Origin: Leptogorgia sarmentosa
Lineage: Eukaryota
NCBI GenBank assembly: GCA_964658305.1
Contig: OZ210885.1
Span: forward strand, 24,056,001 to 24,120,000
Direction of reading: 5' to 3'
Length of the DNA: 64,000 nucleotides
The notes under the pieces were generated by a model. The model was given only the letters and a program-made list of their open reading frames with translations. It did no database searches and had not been told where the DNA came from. Position numbers and translations under genes: made by a program. Positions 46,901-60,000 of the stretch are shown here, piece by piece; positions within the stretch are counted from its first letter, which is position 1, and every line of letters starts with the position of its first letter.

Positions 46901-49900
46901 AAATATCCAAACCGGCCATTCTTCCACGGATCATTGATTAGCATTGGGAAAAGGGAAGATCCATTGTTTCAAATGAATCATGAATGAATTCCGTAGAAGA
47001 AAACCAGCGAGGATAGGACGCAGACGGGTGGGGGGAGGGCGCATTTTACTGCAACGTAAACGAATACAACACCCCGGCCATCCCTCCCCCCCCTCCCCCT
47101 CCAGCTCCTGCATCTTGTTACTTTATCCTAGCACTCCAATTGTCGTGGCGATCAGCACAAAATTATGGCATATAACACGGGAAACGTGGCGTTTTATACA
47201 TGGCAAATCATTATTTATTCATCAACTGCATTACTTAATCGTATTTTAATGATCCGCGGGCGTTTTGGCTAATTTGAATAGTAAAATATCCAAACCGGCC
47301 ATTCTTCCACGGATCATTGATTAGCATTGGGAAAACAGAAGATCCATTGTTTCAAATGAATCATGATGAATTCCTTCGCAAAAACCGCTACAGCCCACTC
47401 CCGACCCCAATCCCACCAACCCCCCTTTCCCCATACTCAAACATCCTTTCTCCACCTCTCATCCTCCCCCTCTCCCCCAAACCTATTTACCAATCTCCTA
47501 TTTACCAAGGAGTAAAGGACACAGGGGACTTCACGCGATGATCTACAAAGACAATGGTGGGAATGCGAGGACGAAATCCTTGACAGCACTGAGGTCCTGG
47601 TACAATTTAGTACGATCTGCCTCTGATGGAGGATCATCCACTGCTGCTGCCATGAGAGCGGAAGTGCTGTTGTGTCGAAGCACCTGCTCCAGCTGCATAT
47701 AATAACGCGCAGTATGGCTTCTTTCCCATCCAACATGGCCCACCTAATGTCCGCCAACGCGGAACCAGATAGAGCCAAGATAACGGCGCATCCAGAGCGA
47801 AAGCTGTGCTCCGTCTCACCTTTTCCCCCCACCCCTGGAGAAGCACAGTCAAAACTACTGGGGACATCGGCATGCAACAACGCAGTAGAAACAAGCAAGC
47901 CGACCTGGTGAGGAAACCTACGTTGGCCGAGATGACGGTCATCAATATACTGTGAACAGGGTATGTGCTGGCGACGCAACTCTTGCGTGGCCACCATGCC
48001 CAATGTCTGATACACATAGGGCGAAATTTTCCAGCCAAATTTTCCAGCTCATAGTTTCGGCGTTGTTAGGTAAAGCTGCAGACAGTCGGTCCCAAACCTC
48101 GGGGTGGTTATGAATTTCACCCGCACGAAATGTGTTAGGGTCACGGACAAGTAACTCAGAGGACTTCGCGGGTGAACCAAGAGACACATCAGACGAAGGA
48201 ACTGATGAGTACCCGGCAACTGCTGCCCCGGAACTGGTTGCCGGAAGATGCTTCCGTCAAATTTCTCGGGTCTCAAAACTCTCAACGGTTGCCAGTGGAG
48301 AAAAATCAATGGTAGCGGCAGCTTCCCACTCAGGCACAACAAACGTTTGAAAACGACAACGTTTAACAGGTGGCTGAGATGGAAAAAAAAAAGAAAGGGG
48401 ACAAAAATAAAGCACAACGGCATCCTCCGAATGACCAGAAGGGGGCAACAGTCCCGGCCCAACTGCGAGAGTCGAACACAAAGGGCTTTAGATAGCCCTG
48501 GGAAAGTTATCCCCCGCCAGTCGGTCCTCGTGCACGGTCTGAAGCAATCTAACATTGCCAGAAGCACATCTCTCAATGATCAATTTAACGATATTGGCAA
48601 ATTCAAGTTCACTCGGTTTTCATGCACGGTCTGAAGCAATCTAACATTGCCAGAAGCACATCTCTCAATATCAATTTGACGATATTGGCAAATTCAAGTT
48701 CAATCGGCCTCGTGCACGGTCTGAAGCAATCTAACATTGCCAGAAGCACATCTCAATATCAATTTAACGATATTGGTAAATTCAAGTTCACTCGGTCCTC
48801 ATGCACGGTCTGAAGCAATCTAACATTGCCAGAAGCACATATGTCTCAATAGACCAAGTTAACGTTAACGATATTGGCAAATCCAACTGTTCACTCGGTA
48901 CTCTTGCACGGTCTGAAGCAATCTAACATTGCCAAGAGCACATCTCACCATATACTAATTTAACGATATTAGCAAATTCAAGTTCAATCGGCCTCGTGCA
49001 CGGTCTGAAGCAATCTCACATTGCCAGAAGCACATCTCTCAATGATCAATTTAACGATATTGTTAAATTCAAGTTCACTCGGTCCTCGTGCACGGTCTGA
49101 AGCAATCTAACATTGCCAGAAGCACATATTTCTGAATAGACCAAGTTAATGTTAACGATATTGGCAAATCCAACTGTTCACTCGGTACTCTTGCACGGTC
49201 TGAAGCAATCTAAGATTGTCAGAAGCACATCTCACCATATACTAATTTAACGATATTAGCAAATTCAAGTTCAATCGGCCTCGTGCACGGTCTGAAGCAA
49301 TCTCACATTGCCAGAAGCACATCTCTCAATGATCAATTTAACGATATTGGCAATCTCAAATTCAATATGTAATCGTGCAAGGTCTGAAGCAATCGAACAC
49401 AGCCAGAAGCACATCTCTCAATACCAATTAAATTGGCAATTTCAAATTCAGGAGATACTTGTGCACAGTCTGAAGCAAATCTAACTACATCGTCAGAACA
49501 CTATAAACACGTACTGCCCCGTAAAAGCGAAAGCTTGGGAAAGCCAAAGCTTGGGCGATACACAATTCCCCCGTGAACACCAATTCATACAATAAAGATA
49601 CGAAATAAGTGAAACCGCTCATGCATCGCATGAGGAGATAAACCTCCCAACTAAATAGCTGCTCATGTAAACCTACGAAGTAATAGCGCTAGATAGGCGA
49701 GAAACCCCACCGAATTAATAAAACCCCAACCAAGCAGACGAAAATCGAAACACTGAGACCAAACATGAAGAACCTGATACAAACCACCTGGGCTGTGCTA
49801 GAAAACCAATCTAGCATGAAATAAACAGGCTCTTGCCTTGGTACTGGATTGGGTTGAAGCACCTCCTCTCTGTGTCGTAACGGCGTGCGAACAGGTCGTT

Positions 49901-50091
49901 GGTCCATGTTTATCTGTTTCTTTATCCAGCACTCCAATTGTCGTGGTGATCAGCACAAAATTATGGCATATAACACGGGAAACGTGGCGTTTTATACATG
50001 GCAAATCATTATTTATTCATCAACTGCATTACTTAATCGTATTTTAATGCTCAATAATGATCCGCGGGCGTTTTGGCCAATTTGAATAGTA
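46893..50091 (-). mobile_element. Ngaro/PAT-type tyrosine-recombinase retrotransposon with split direct repeats, internally deleted
   Basis: A1 50091-49912, B1 47374-47276, A2 47283-47112, B2 46992-46893; RT piece YIDDRH; recombinase pieces HSFRSG and GHVGW..YY. Confidence 0.87.
48528..49495. repeat. Tandem array of 11 units of 86-103 bp inside the YR element
   Basis: TGCACGGTCTGAAGCAAT-like starts at 48531, 48623, 48713, 48802, 48905, 48997, 49089, 49192, 49284, 49376, 49462. Confidence 0.95.
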
Positions 50092-50241
50092 TACTATTTC
50101 TCAATGCTCGACTTCATGCTCAGTTTATTTAAGGTATGGCAATGTTGATCAGCGCCAGCGTCCAACCTGATCCTTTGTTGTCTATACGCCCATCCTCATC
50201 CCAACTACCTATCGAACCAACCCCAACATACACTCTCATTC

Positions 50242-50301
50242 ACCCAATACTCATTCCTTAACCCAATCCTCATTCCTTAACCCAATACTCATTCCTTAAC
50301 C
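50242..50301. repeat. 19-bp tandem repeat, 3 copies
   Basis: ACCCAAT(A/C)CTCATTCCTTA. Confidence 0.85.
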
Positions 50302-50335
50302 CCCCAAACTAAATTTCCTCCTGAACGCTGGGCGG

Positions 50336-50530
50336 TCAGAGTCATACGACATTTGTTGGTAGGTTCCTTTAAAATGCTGAAATAGGGGAAAACCGAGACC
50401 CTATGTTCAATCCAACTTAAAACTTCCACATGATTTGGAAAAGGATTGCACGAGGCCATCGCCGTCCACGATTGGACATGATTATGCAGTTCCCCCACAT
50501 GGAACGTCCGGGGATCCCTTAAAGGGGAAG
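50336..50530 (-). pseudogene. Fragment of a second Ngaro/DIRS-like RT N-terminus; partly duplicated at 50869-50986
   Basis: LRDPRTFHVGELHNHVQSW resembles VRDPNTFRAGEIHNHPEVW at ~48100. Confidence 0.7.
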
Positions 50531-50986
50531 TCATTGTTTGTAACAATTTAGGTTCAAATGAAAGATAATATACTTCTTATCGTCCGTACCAAATCTTAGG
50601 TCCCCATAGTAAATACAACTCGAGAAATAGAGAAATAAAAAAGTGAATTTTGCCATATTTTGCGGCAGCCATGAATACATGCGAGCGAACATGCGATCAA
50701 ACATCTGGAATGACATTACATCTTTGTACTCCAATAGTCCTCTGCATTGGCTTATTGCACTGACTATCCGCATCAACCAAGACTATCTGATCACACTGTG
50801 TTTCTGCATCCTGAAGTGAAATTCCTGCAGGTTCATGTTCAAGACATATATCAGTGACATCTTCATGTTCAGAGTCATACGACATTTGTTGGTAGGTTCC
50901 TTTAAAATGCTGAAAATAGGGGAAAACCGAGACCCTATGTTCAATCCAATTTAAAACTTCCACATGATTGGGAAAAGGATTGCACG

Positions 50987-52395
50987 CAAATGGTATCTTT
51001 TGTTTTGGAAACTTTCAATTTGTGTGTCAACCATACTGCTGAAAATATTGCAGCTGAGCTTGTGCGAATTGCTGATAAATGCAACATAACTGAGAAAGTT
51101 GTTGCAATAGTCACAGACAATGCTGCAAACATGGTGGCAGCTATTAGAATCACAAGATGGAAACACATTCCATGTTTCGCCCATACCCTAAATCTCATTG
51201 TCCAGGGTGCTTTATCAGCTGCTAAAGAAACAGCAGATTTGAAAAAGAAGTGCAAGGACATGGTCACTTTTTTCCATCAAAGTACCAAAGCATCAGACAA
51301 GCTTAAAGAAGTACAAAGACAGCTTGGTGTCCCTGAAGCAAAGTTAATTCAAGATGTTGAAACACGATGGAATTCTACATTTTATATGTTCCAACGAATT
51401 CTTTAACAACAAGAAGCCATCACCACTACACTTTGCTTGCAGTGAAGAAATGAGATGTGCCTTTCAGCCTCAGATAAAGAACGCCTTAAGAAAGCAATGG
51501 ATGTTCTTCAGCCCTTTGAGACAGCGACAACAGAAATGAGTGCTGAAAAATATGTCTCTGTGTCAAAAATAATTCCATTAGCTCGATCTTTGCAGAGAAT
51601 TACAGTGGGTTCTGTTGTCTCACAAGGCATAAAGAATGAGCTTGTTTCTCAAATGCGTAATCGCTTTGTCAATATGGAAGGAAATGTTCTCCTTACTAAA
51701 TCCACCTTACTTGATCCTCGATTTAAGAAAATGGGTTTTCTTACCACTGGAACACCACATGCCAGCATTGAATCACTCACACAAGAGATGGCCCCACTTC
51801 AAGCACCACCAGCGCCAGCTGTCACAACTGAAAGTAATTTGTTGTGGCAAGTGTTCGATGATAAAGTTGCAGATCGAGTGAATGCCAGACAAGGTATGAA
51901 TGATTGTGTATTTGAGAGCAGACAGTATTTTGAAGAGCATGTTATTTCTAGAGCTGATGACCCACTAGAATGATGGTCCAAGAATAGTCAGCACTATCCA
52001 ACTCTTGCCAAACTGGCAAGGAAATATTTGTGTATTACAGCTACTTCCGTGCCGTCAGAACGTTTGTTCTCCAAAGCTGGAGAGTTAATATCACACAAAA
52101 GAAGTCGTATGAAACCAAAGAATGTTAACATGTTCCTTTTCCAAAATAAAAACATTGAGTAAACATTTGGTGGTCTAGTGAACAATACCATACATTCTGA
52201 TGTATTTATATGGGTTGTTGATATTTTTATTAATGTTAATAAATACAAATTCAGTCATTGGTGTAGTTTGTTTTGAAATGTTTATTACTTTTATACAAGC
52301 TGATTATTAACTTCAATAATATCGATATCGAAAATATCGATGAAAAATTAGCGAATATCGAATCAATTCTGAAATCCCAATATCGCCCACCACTA
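50987..52395 (+). mobile_element. Ac/ZBED-type hAT transposon, 3' half, degraded
   Basis: HTAENI, TDNAANM, CFAHTLNL, TRWNS, LDPRFK, ATSVPSERLFS; right TIR AATATCGCCCACCACTA. Confidence 0.9.
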
Positions 52396-54363
52396 GCTTG
52401 AACAATTAGCTTCTCATATTATACGCTTATGCGACATAAGCCTTGTTGATGATGCAATTCAGCATGTCACACTGGCAATGCACTACTTGCAGCAAGTAGA
52501 AGAGCTTCAAACTGAAAACTCATACACAGTAGACATTTTTCAGTCTGTTCAGCAAGGACGCCCCTGTTTTGATATTAGTCGTGAACAGCTGAATTACTTC
52601 CTCGGCTATCAGTTTTCAGTTCCTGACATTGCAAAAGCATTGGGTGTATCTCAAAGTACAATATCTCGCAGAATGCATACTTACGGGCTGTCACAAAGGC
52701 TTTTGAACAATCCCCCTTTGTTAGACAAAGAGCTTGATAATAAAGTAAGGGAAGTTTTACAAGAATTTCCCAGTGCTGGATATCACAGGGTAATTTTCCA
52801 ACTTGCTGTTGCTGGGCTGAGGCCATCACAAATGCGAGTATGACAAACACTGCAGAGGATTGATCCACAAGGGGTTGCTGTAAGGTGGTTGAGATTAACG
52901 CCAAGGAGGCAATATCGTGTCTCAGGTCCCCTGGCATTATGGCACATAGATGGCAACCACAAACTAATAAGGTAGGAAATCAACATCATGCAGCTGTACA
53001 AAATAAACAGAGCCAAAATATTGTTTGTATGTGAGGTCACGTTTGCAATGTTAAAGGTATATAAAAGGCTATTTACCATCTGATCATTTCCTGTGGGTGA
53101 CATGAAAGTTTGTAATTGTTTATTTTTTAGATGGAGACTTGTAATACATGGCGGAATTGACGGATACACCAGAATCCCAGTCTTTTTGAAATGCAATGGA
53201 AATAACCGTGCTGAAACCGTTTCGAACTGTTTCCTGGATGCAGTAAACGCGTATGGATTGCCATCTCGTGTCCGCTTGGAAAAGGGAGGGGAAAATACAG
53301 CAGTTTCGCTCTACATACTGCAGCACCCATTGCGAGCCCCAGGCCGGGGAAGTATGATTACAGGCAGAAGTGTCCATAATCAACGGACTGAGAGGTTATG
53401 GCGAGATCTGTTCGAAGGTGTTACCTACATCTACTACAATTTATTCTACCATTTGGAGGATAATGGTATACTGGATTCATCAAATCCGTCCCACCTTTTC
53501 GTGTTGCATTATGTATACATTCTGAGAATTAACCGACATATAGAAAGCTGGAGGCAAGGCTATATTCAGCATAGGATCAGAACTGCTGGGAATAGAAGTC
53601 CAATGCAGCTTTATATTCAGGGTCTTCTTCAGTTAAGAAACTCTCAGCATACCGCAATACGTGACGCTTACGAGCCTGCCACACCGGTGAGAAAATGCAC
53701 CATGTATATAAATGAAATTAGAACCTTGATAAAACATTATTTGCATTCTGACCTCACATGTTTATCATTTGGGGTGTTGGAATGTAATATATAGGGAGTA
53801 ATACTATGCATTATTAGTAGAATCATACTCGTATACTATTGCAAATGCTGCAATTTGATTGGCTACTCTACTCGATATCTATTCCTCGATAGATAGGGAA
53901 TAGCAAAATATGTGAATTTTCGTTCAAGAAAATGTCTTCTGAGGCACGTTTTAAAATTATTTTTTGCAATATTTTCATGTTTGATCTCTGATTCTACTAA
54001 AACAATTAGATTACTCGCTCTCGATTTCTACGAGATGATAGTTGAACTATCACCTCATAGAAATCTCGAGCTTAATTAGATCATACCGAGCCATCACAGA
54101 AATGAAATGAGATTTCATGCATTTCTTAATCCACAATTCCATTGCCCGACAAACAATCTACTAGACTCTCAAACTAAAAGTAATATCTCATATTTTACAG
54201 GATGACTTTGAGCAATATGGAATAGATTGGGAAAGTCCCGTTCCAGCCAAGGATTTTGATGTTGATGCCGTGAACGTGCCAGAAATAGCTTGTCCATTGC
54301 CCAGAGAACATGTTGATGAACTTGCTCGCACTGTTGACCCACTGAGGAACAGCGATTCCTATG
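52396..54363 (+). pseudogene. Spliced IS3EU-type (IS3/IS481-like integrase-core) transposase
   Basis: HTH (IAKALGVS..TISRR), WHIDGNHKLIRWRLVIHGGIDGY, PSRVR..GGEN, GRSVHNQR.ERLWRD, YGIDW. Exons to 52971, 53131-53686, 54201-~54363; stop at 52841. Confidence 0.85.
53828..54072. repeat. Short interspersed repeat with terminal palindrome in the transposase intron (possibly Crypton-like)
   Basis: Starts GTATACTATT; ends with inverted GATTTCTACGAGATGATAGTT / AACTATCACCTCATAGAAATC. Confidence 0.5.
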
Positions 54364-56788
54364 TTGAACTTCACCTGTATCGTTCCACCCCGTGATGGAA
54401 GCTGATTACTGGCTGTCCAGAAACAAGACAGGTCGGTAAGAGAAGGTTTCCCTAGAAATATAAGCAAGAAATTTAGATTTGTTTCCATTTTTCCAATGGT
54501 TATAATTAAATGGTTATGGTTATGATTATAGAATGCAACAGAAATACGTCCAGCTGGAAGAGCCAAATATGTAAAATGTGGCTGGGGCAGCATACCATGA
54601 TATAAGATAATGTTCAAGCTTGTTACCGATTAAACAAAATTGTTACAGTTTGTGCTTTTTAATGTTTTAGATGTTTGCCACGCCACAATATCACATTACC
54701 TGTATCATATTTGGCTAGCTTGTGCAAATAATTATACCAGTAGGTGATAGTCTGCTTGTGCCCTTCCGTCTCCACGAAAATCATGGCATTTTCCACTTGC
54801 TCAAAAGTGACTTGCCTTTTCGCAGACGTGGAATCCAAAACTTCAGGTGCACATTTTCCAATAAAATCATGTAATCCCACTTCATTCATGCCTTGCAAAA
54901 TGGTAAATAAATTGAGAATTCTGAGAACTACTCAAGTAACTCAACTATAGCTGAATTACCAAACAGTTATAATTACTCACCCTTAGCTATTTCATCTAGT
55001 TCTCGCTTTCTCTTGTCGATTACTTGATATATTACAAGACCTTGAATGGCCAGCCGCCTGTCCGAGTTCAAACGATTGATGTCAAGCCCAGACTCAAAAA
55101 GGTACGGTGTAATTGCATCTTTAAGTTCCGATGGCAACTCAACATGAGGTTCAAGACTTTCAAGCTGGAATGTTATATACTCAGGGTTAACACATTAAGT
55201 GAAAATATTACAGTAACAAACTCGCCCCCTTTTGCTAAGTACTTTGTTCAGGAAAAAAGGCAAAATACTTTTGTTCTTTTCATGCAGTTGAAACAATTCA
55301 TCAAAATAGCATGAAATACCTATCTACGTAGAATATAATTTTAAAAATGTTTGTACAAGAGTGAAAACTTCAACGCATGTTTCTTTATTAAATCTGATAA
55401 ATCATACATTACTGTACCTGTGAAATACGTTGTCTTAGATCGACATCGGGCAAATCGGAGATACTAATACTGCCAGTTAGACTTTCACAATTTGGATCTC
55501 GGTCACCTGCTTAACGCCCAGTAACGCTTCACCGCTGGGGAGAGGCCATACAACACCGGACCACCATAAATAAAGAATGACCAATTATACGCCCGATTGC
55601 CTTGAATGAACCAGTACACCTCAATGTTTGGTCATGAATTGGAACAAGATGGTCTTCTTCACCTTCAAAAAATATAACTGGTCTTCTAGTTCCACTAATG
55701 CCGTCCTGGGGAATTAGCATGGCACACAACAGGAACTCCCGAACGGGGCCACTCCCTACACCTTCTTCTCCCTTAAGTCTCACACGAGGTTTAGCTTTCA
55801 ACTTGCACTGGCTATCTTTGTAATGGCTCAGAATATCCTTCTTCAGCTCCTCGATACCATCCTCTCTTGATACAAAAAAACGTTGCCTCAGCAATGTTTC
55901 ATTAACAGCTTGTTGTCTGAACGCATCTACGTCCAATTTGTCGCCCTTTAGTATTGTGATACTTTTGCAAGCAGCACCAATTCAGACTGTCGATAAAATT
56001 TCAATCTCATTATTCAGCACTGTGTAAGAATGCAAAAATACCAACGACATTAATTAAATGTATTAATTAAACCATAGAACAACAGAAAAAATATAACACA
56101 CTGCAACACAGTTTGCGTTCCCTAAGAATAATTATGAAGGGAAAACAATTCCATATAAATTTACCGTCATTATCTAGCTTCATTATCAAGTTTCAGTCGC
56201 CAATTCGATGGATCATTAGCACTTGTAAGTGCTTGCCTTTTTGTGTTGGACTCCATGTCTGGAAAAATGTTCTTCAGTTGACCGAAACCTATAGTTAAGG
56301 AATAACATACTGGGGTATAGCCATTCTGGCAAAAATAGGTACGCATAGCGCGTACATGTGGCTAGCCTGTGCCGGCATGAGCATTCATTGTTTGCACGTT
56401 ACGTCATAACCTACTTGGGTGCCATGTTGGTTGACACCACGAAGTTTATTTTGAGCTACCACAGAACATAACCATTGTAAAATTTCATTTTTTTGTGCAT
56501 TTTGCAATCATGCAACAAGGATTCAAGAATGCAACGTTTTTGTAATATATAAATATTCTGAAACAACGCTGAAATGCTTGCATGATCATATCAAAGGTCG
56601 ATCGAATCGACTGATAAACGCTGCTAGATTTAGAACACATGTTCCAATTGAATTTTGATATTACCGATAATATATTAGCCTGATCAAAATTACTGATCAG
56701 TGATAGTGATATTTTATATTTAGGTTAGTAACCTGCGATCGGGTTTTCAAGAACACCCAGCGCACCTGGCAGTGGACATCCAAACATC

Positions 56789-57012
56789 TATACCGAACCA
56801 CTGTTACTAATGGCATACAAAGTTATATAAAATGATGGTTTTAATATCAACATTGAAATATTACAATACGATAAATAAAATAAAACAAACACTTCTCTAT
56901 CGCTTCTCGCACTTCGCCATGTTCGTGATAAGCTGCTCTTCTCTCGAGCCGTGCCCCTTTCTTTTATATCTTAACCGGGGGGTGTCGGCAGTAGGGTAGT
57001 AGGTACAGTACA
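56789..57012 (-). repeat. BEL 3 3' LTR (last 2 bp missing)
   Basis: Matches 62359-62582 with no difference seen. Confidence 0.95.
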
Positions 57013-57071
57013 CACTCCCCTAAAAATTAAACGTTAATTTTTATATACTCTAAAGTCACTAAATATATTGT

Positions 57072-60000
57072 TTATTCTTGAATCATTGTTCGTATTTTCT
57101 TCTCTGCATCCTTTGCTGCTTGCCTTCGTGGTCGCTTCACTTCCTCTGGTTTCTCTGTCTCGTCCTCCTTTGGTTGTTTCTGTGTCACACAATGGATTTC
57201 TAATGGACAGATTAGTTGAAGAGGTCTTTCAATAGTATGTCCTTTATGCAGAAGCTCGACTCCTCTCACAACTCCATCTTTTCCTTTCACCACGCGTACC
57301 ACCTTCCCTTTTTTCCATTCACCTCTATTTTTCTCTTCTCCTACGACGAGTACAATATCTCCAACTTCTGGTGGTTCTGTTTCTTTGTTGTTGACACGAT
57401 GAGTCTCCATTAGACTGTGCACATATTCTCTCTTCCAACGTTTCCAAGCGTTATCCCTTGACTTTTTAATTCTTTTCTGCATCTTTGTTAAATCCTCTTC
57501 TTCATCTTCATCGCGAGTTTCTACCAGGTACAAATTTTCTCCCTGTATCAGTGTGTTGGGTGTAAGAACTTGCTCATCCATGCTTTCACTCTCTACGTAC
57601 GTAAGTGGACGATTGTTCAAATTGATCTCAATGTCTAACAGCACCATTTCCAAGTTCTCAAATGACAGGTGTGTTCTTCCAAGTGTTTTGTACAACGTTT
57701 TCTTGATATCCTTTATAAGCCTTTCATAGATACCTCCCCACCATGGGGATTTTGCAAGGTTAAATTTCCAACTGATTTCCTGGATGGCAAGGTAGTCCTG
57801 TAGTTTTTCACTCTTTCGAACAATCTTAATCCATTTGGCTGTTGTTTTGAATGTCGCTGCATTGTCGGATATCATCAGGCGTGGTCTTCCTCTGCGCGCA
57901 ATGAAGGCGGTCAATTTCCTCTGGAATTCCTCAGCTTCTTGAGTTTTGGTAAGTTCCAAGTGCACGGCTCTGGAAGATGCACAAGTGAAGACTAGCACGT
58001 AGCACTTTTCTTCCTCCTTCTTATTTATCTTGAACTTCAACGGCCCCGCAAAATCCACACCTGTGACTTCAAATGGTTTGCCTTCATCTGTTCGAAAGTT
58101 AGGCATGTTGCTTGTCGTTGTTGCACCATACGGCTTTGTAGAATACAGCTTGCAGACTGCACATCTTTTGATTACCTTCTTTACCTTCGAGCGTAACTGA
58201 GGTATCCACCACACTTCTCTTATGCTTGCCATGGTGTTTGCGATGCCCAGATGCTTGATCTGTTCATGGACGTGTTGAATTAGCTTTTCCACAAACAATC
58301 CTCCTTCAAGATATACAGGGGAATAACCTTGTATTCTTCCTTTGCATTTAAGAATCTTCGTAGTCTTGTCCTCAACAATCGACCAACCAGGTGTCTGCAA
58401 ATCACGGTTAACGTGTCGTTGCTTTTTGATGACCCAGTAGCTTCTGGCTGCTGTAATCTCGTCATTTCCAATAGGTCCCGATTCCTTCTTTCCTTTACGA
58501 ATCTTCGCTAGACAATTATTCACGAATCTCAACACCCACAACGTAACTCTTAAAGTGCGCCAATAACTGCTTCTTTCCAACAGCTTATCCCACTCGTCAG
58601 AATAATTTTCTTTTGTAAACAAGACTTCTTCTTTGATCGGTTTGCTTTCTTCGCTAACGGCTTCGCTGATTCTGAGTTGAGGCTGTTCTGGCCATTTGTC
58701 TTCGTTCAGCAACCACTCTGGACCGTTGTACCAATCTTCACTTTCCATTCGCTTCATTGAGGCCCCTCTACTCCCCAGATCTGCAAGGTTATTTCTTGAT
58801 GGGCAGTACTTCCATGTGGTACCAATCTCGCTGGTGGTCTCTGCTATTTTCTTCACTCTATTGGAAACGAAGGTTTTCCAAGGCTTTCCGGGGTTGCTTA
58901 TCCAATAAAGAGCGACTAAGCTGTCCATCCATATGGTAGTTGATCTGACCGGCCATCTTTGCAGTGCATTGTGTAAATTCTTTGCCAAGTTGGCAGCCAT
59001 ATGGCCACTAACCAGTTCAAGTCTGGGTATGGATGTGTTTCGCTTTGAGATTCTAGATTTCGATGTTAGCAACATCCTGCCCACGCCTGTTGCATGTTCC
59101 ACTACTGCTACAGCAGCTGCACAGCAAGCAAGGTTGCTTGCATCAGCAAATATGTGGAGTTGGATAGTCTTGATGGAATTGGTTGTGACACTTCTTGGAA
59201 CCTTTACATTCTTTAGTTGATTACTCCATCTGTCCCACTTGGTTTCCAAAGAAGGCGACACTTTTGTATTCCACCCTTTTTCATGGTCACACACTTCTCT
59301 GAATATGTGTTTGCCTTCGGCCATGGTGGGAGATATAATTCCTAGTGGATCATAGATCTTTCCCAATCGACTCAACACAGCTCTTTTGGTTACTGACTCT
59401 TCTTTAGGCGCTGCTGTCACTTTCACCTCCAGGGTATCTTCTCGTTTGTCCCAGTTGTATCCTAGAATTTTGCTTGGGTTTGGCATATTGTCATCTTCCA
59501 GGGATTCTATGTTTGACTCCCATTTGTGGATTGGAAACTTGGCCTCATTTAGGATGATTGTACTCTCTCTCTTAAACTTCAGAAGGTCTTCTTCTTCACC
59601 AGTCTCCATTATGTTGTCAACATATGTGTTCTCTTTTAAAGCTGTTACAGTTCCTTCAAACTCTGCAGGTTGCTGGTCGTAATGATACCCTAAGGTTGCT
59701 CCTAGGAGAAATGGACTGGCTTCGACACCAAAAGGCAGTCTGGTAAATCTCAGATGTTCTTCCTTCCCATTGATATTAAAAAGGAATCTAAATGCATCTC
59801 TATCTTCTTCCTTGATTGCTATCTGTAGGAATGCTTTCTCGAGATCACCCAATAGTAGATTTGGTGCTAGCCGGGCTCGAATCAGGATATTCCAAAGTAG
59901 TGGTTGCAGTGATGGGCCAGTGAACATGCAGTTGTTAATGCTGGAGGACAATGGATCTGGTTTTGAGCTGGCATCAAAAACCATCCTGACCTTTGTTGTT

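Noticed and set aside
48528..49495. CRISPR array
   Set aside because: The variable parts are related to each other and recur, there are no cas genes, and the context is a eukaryotic retrotransposon.
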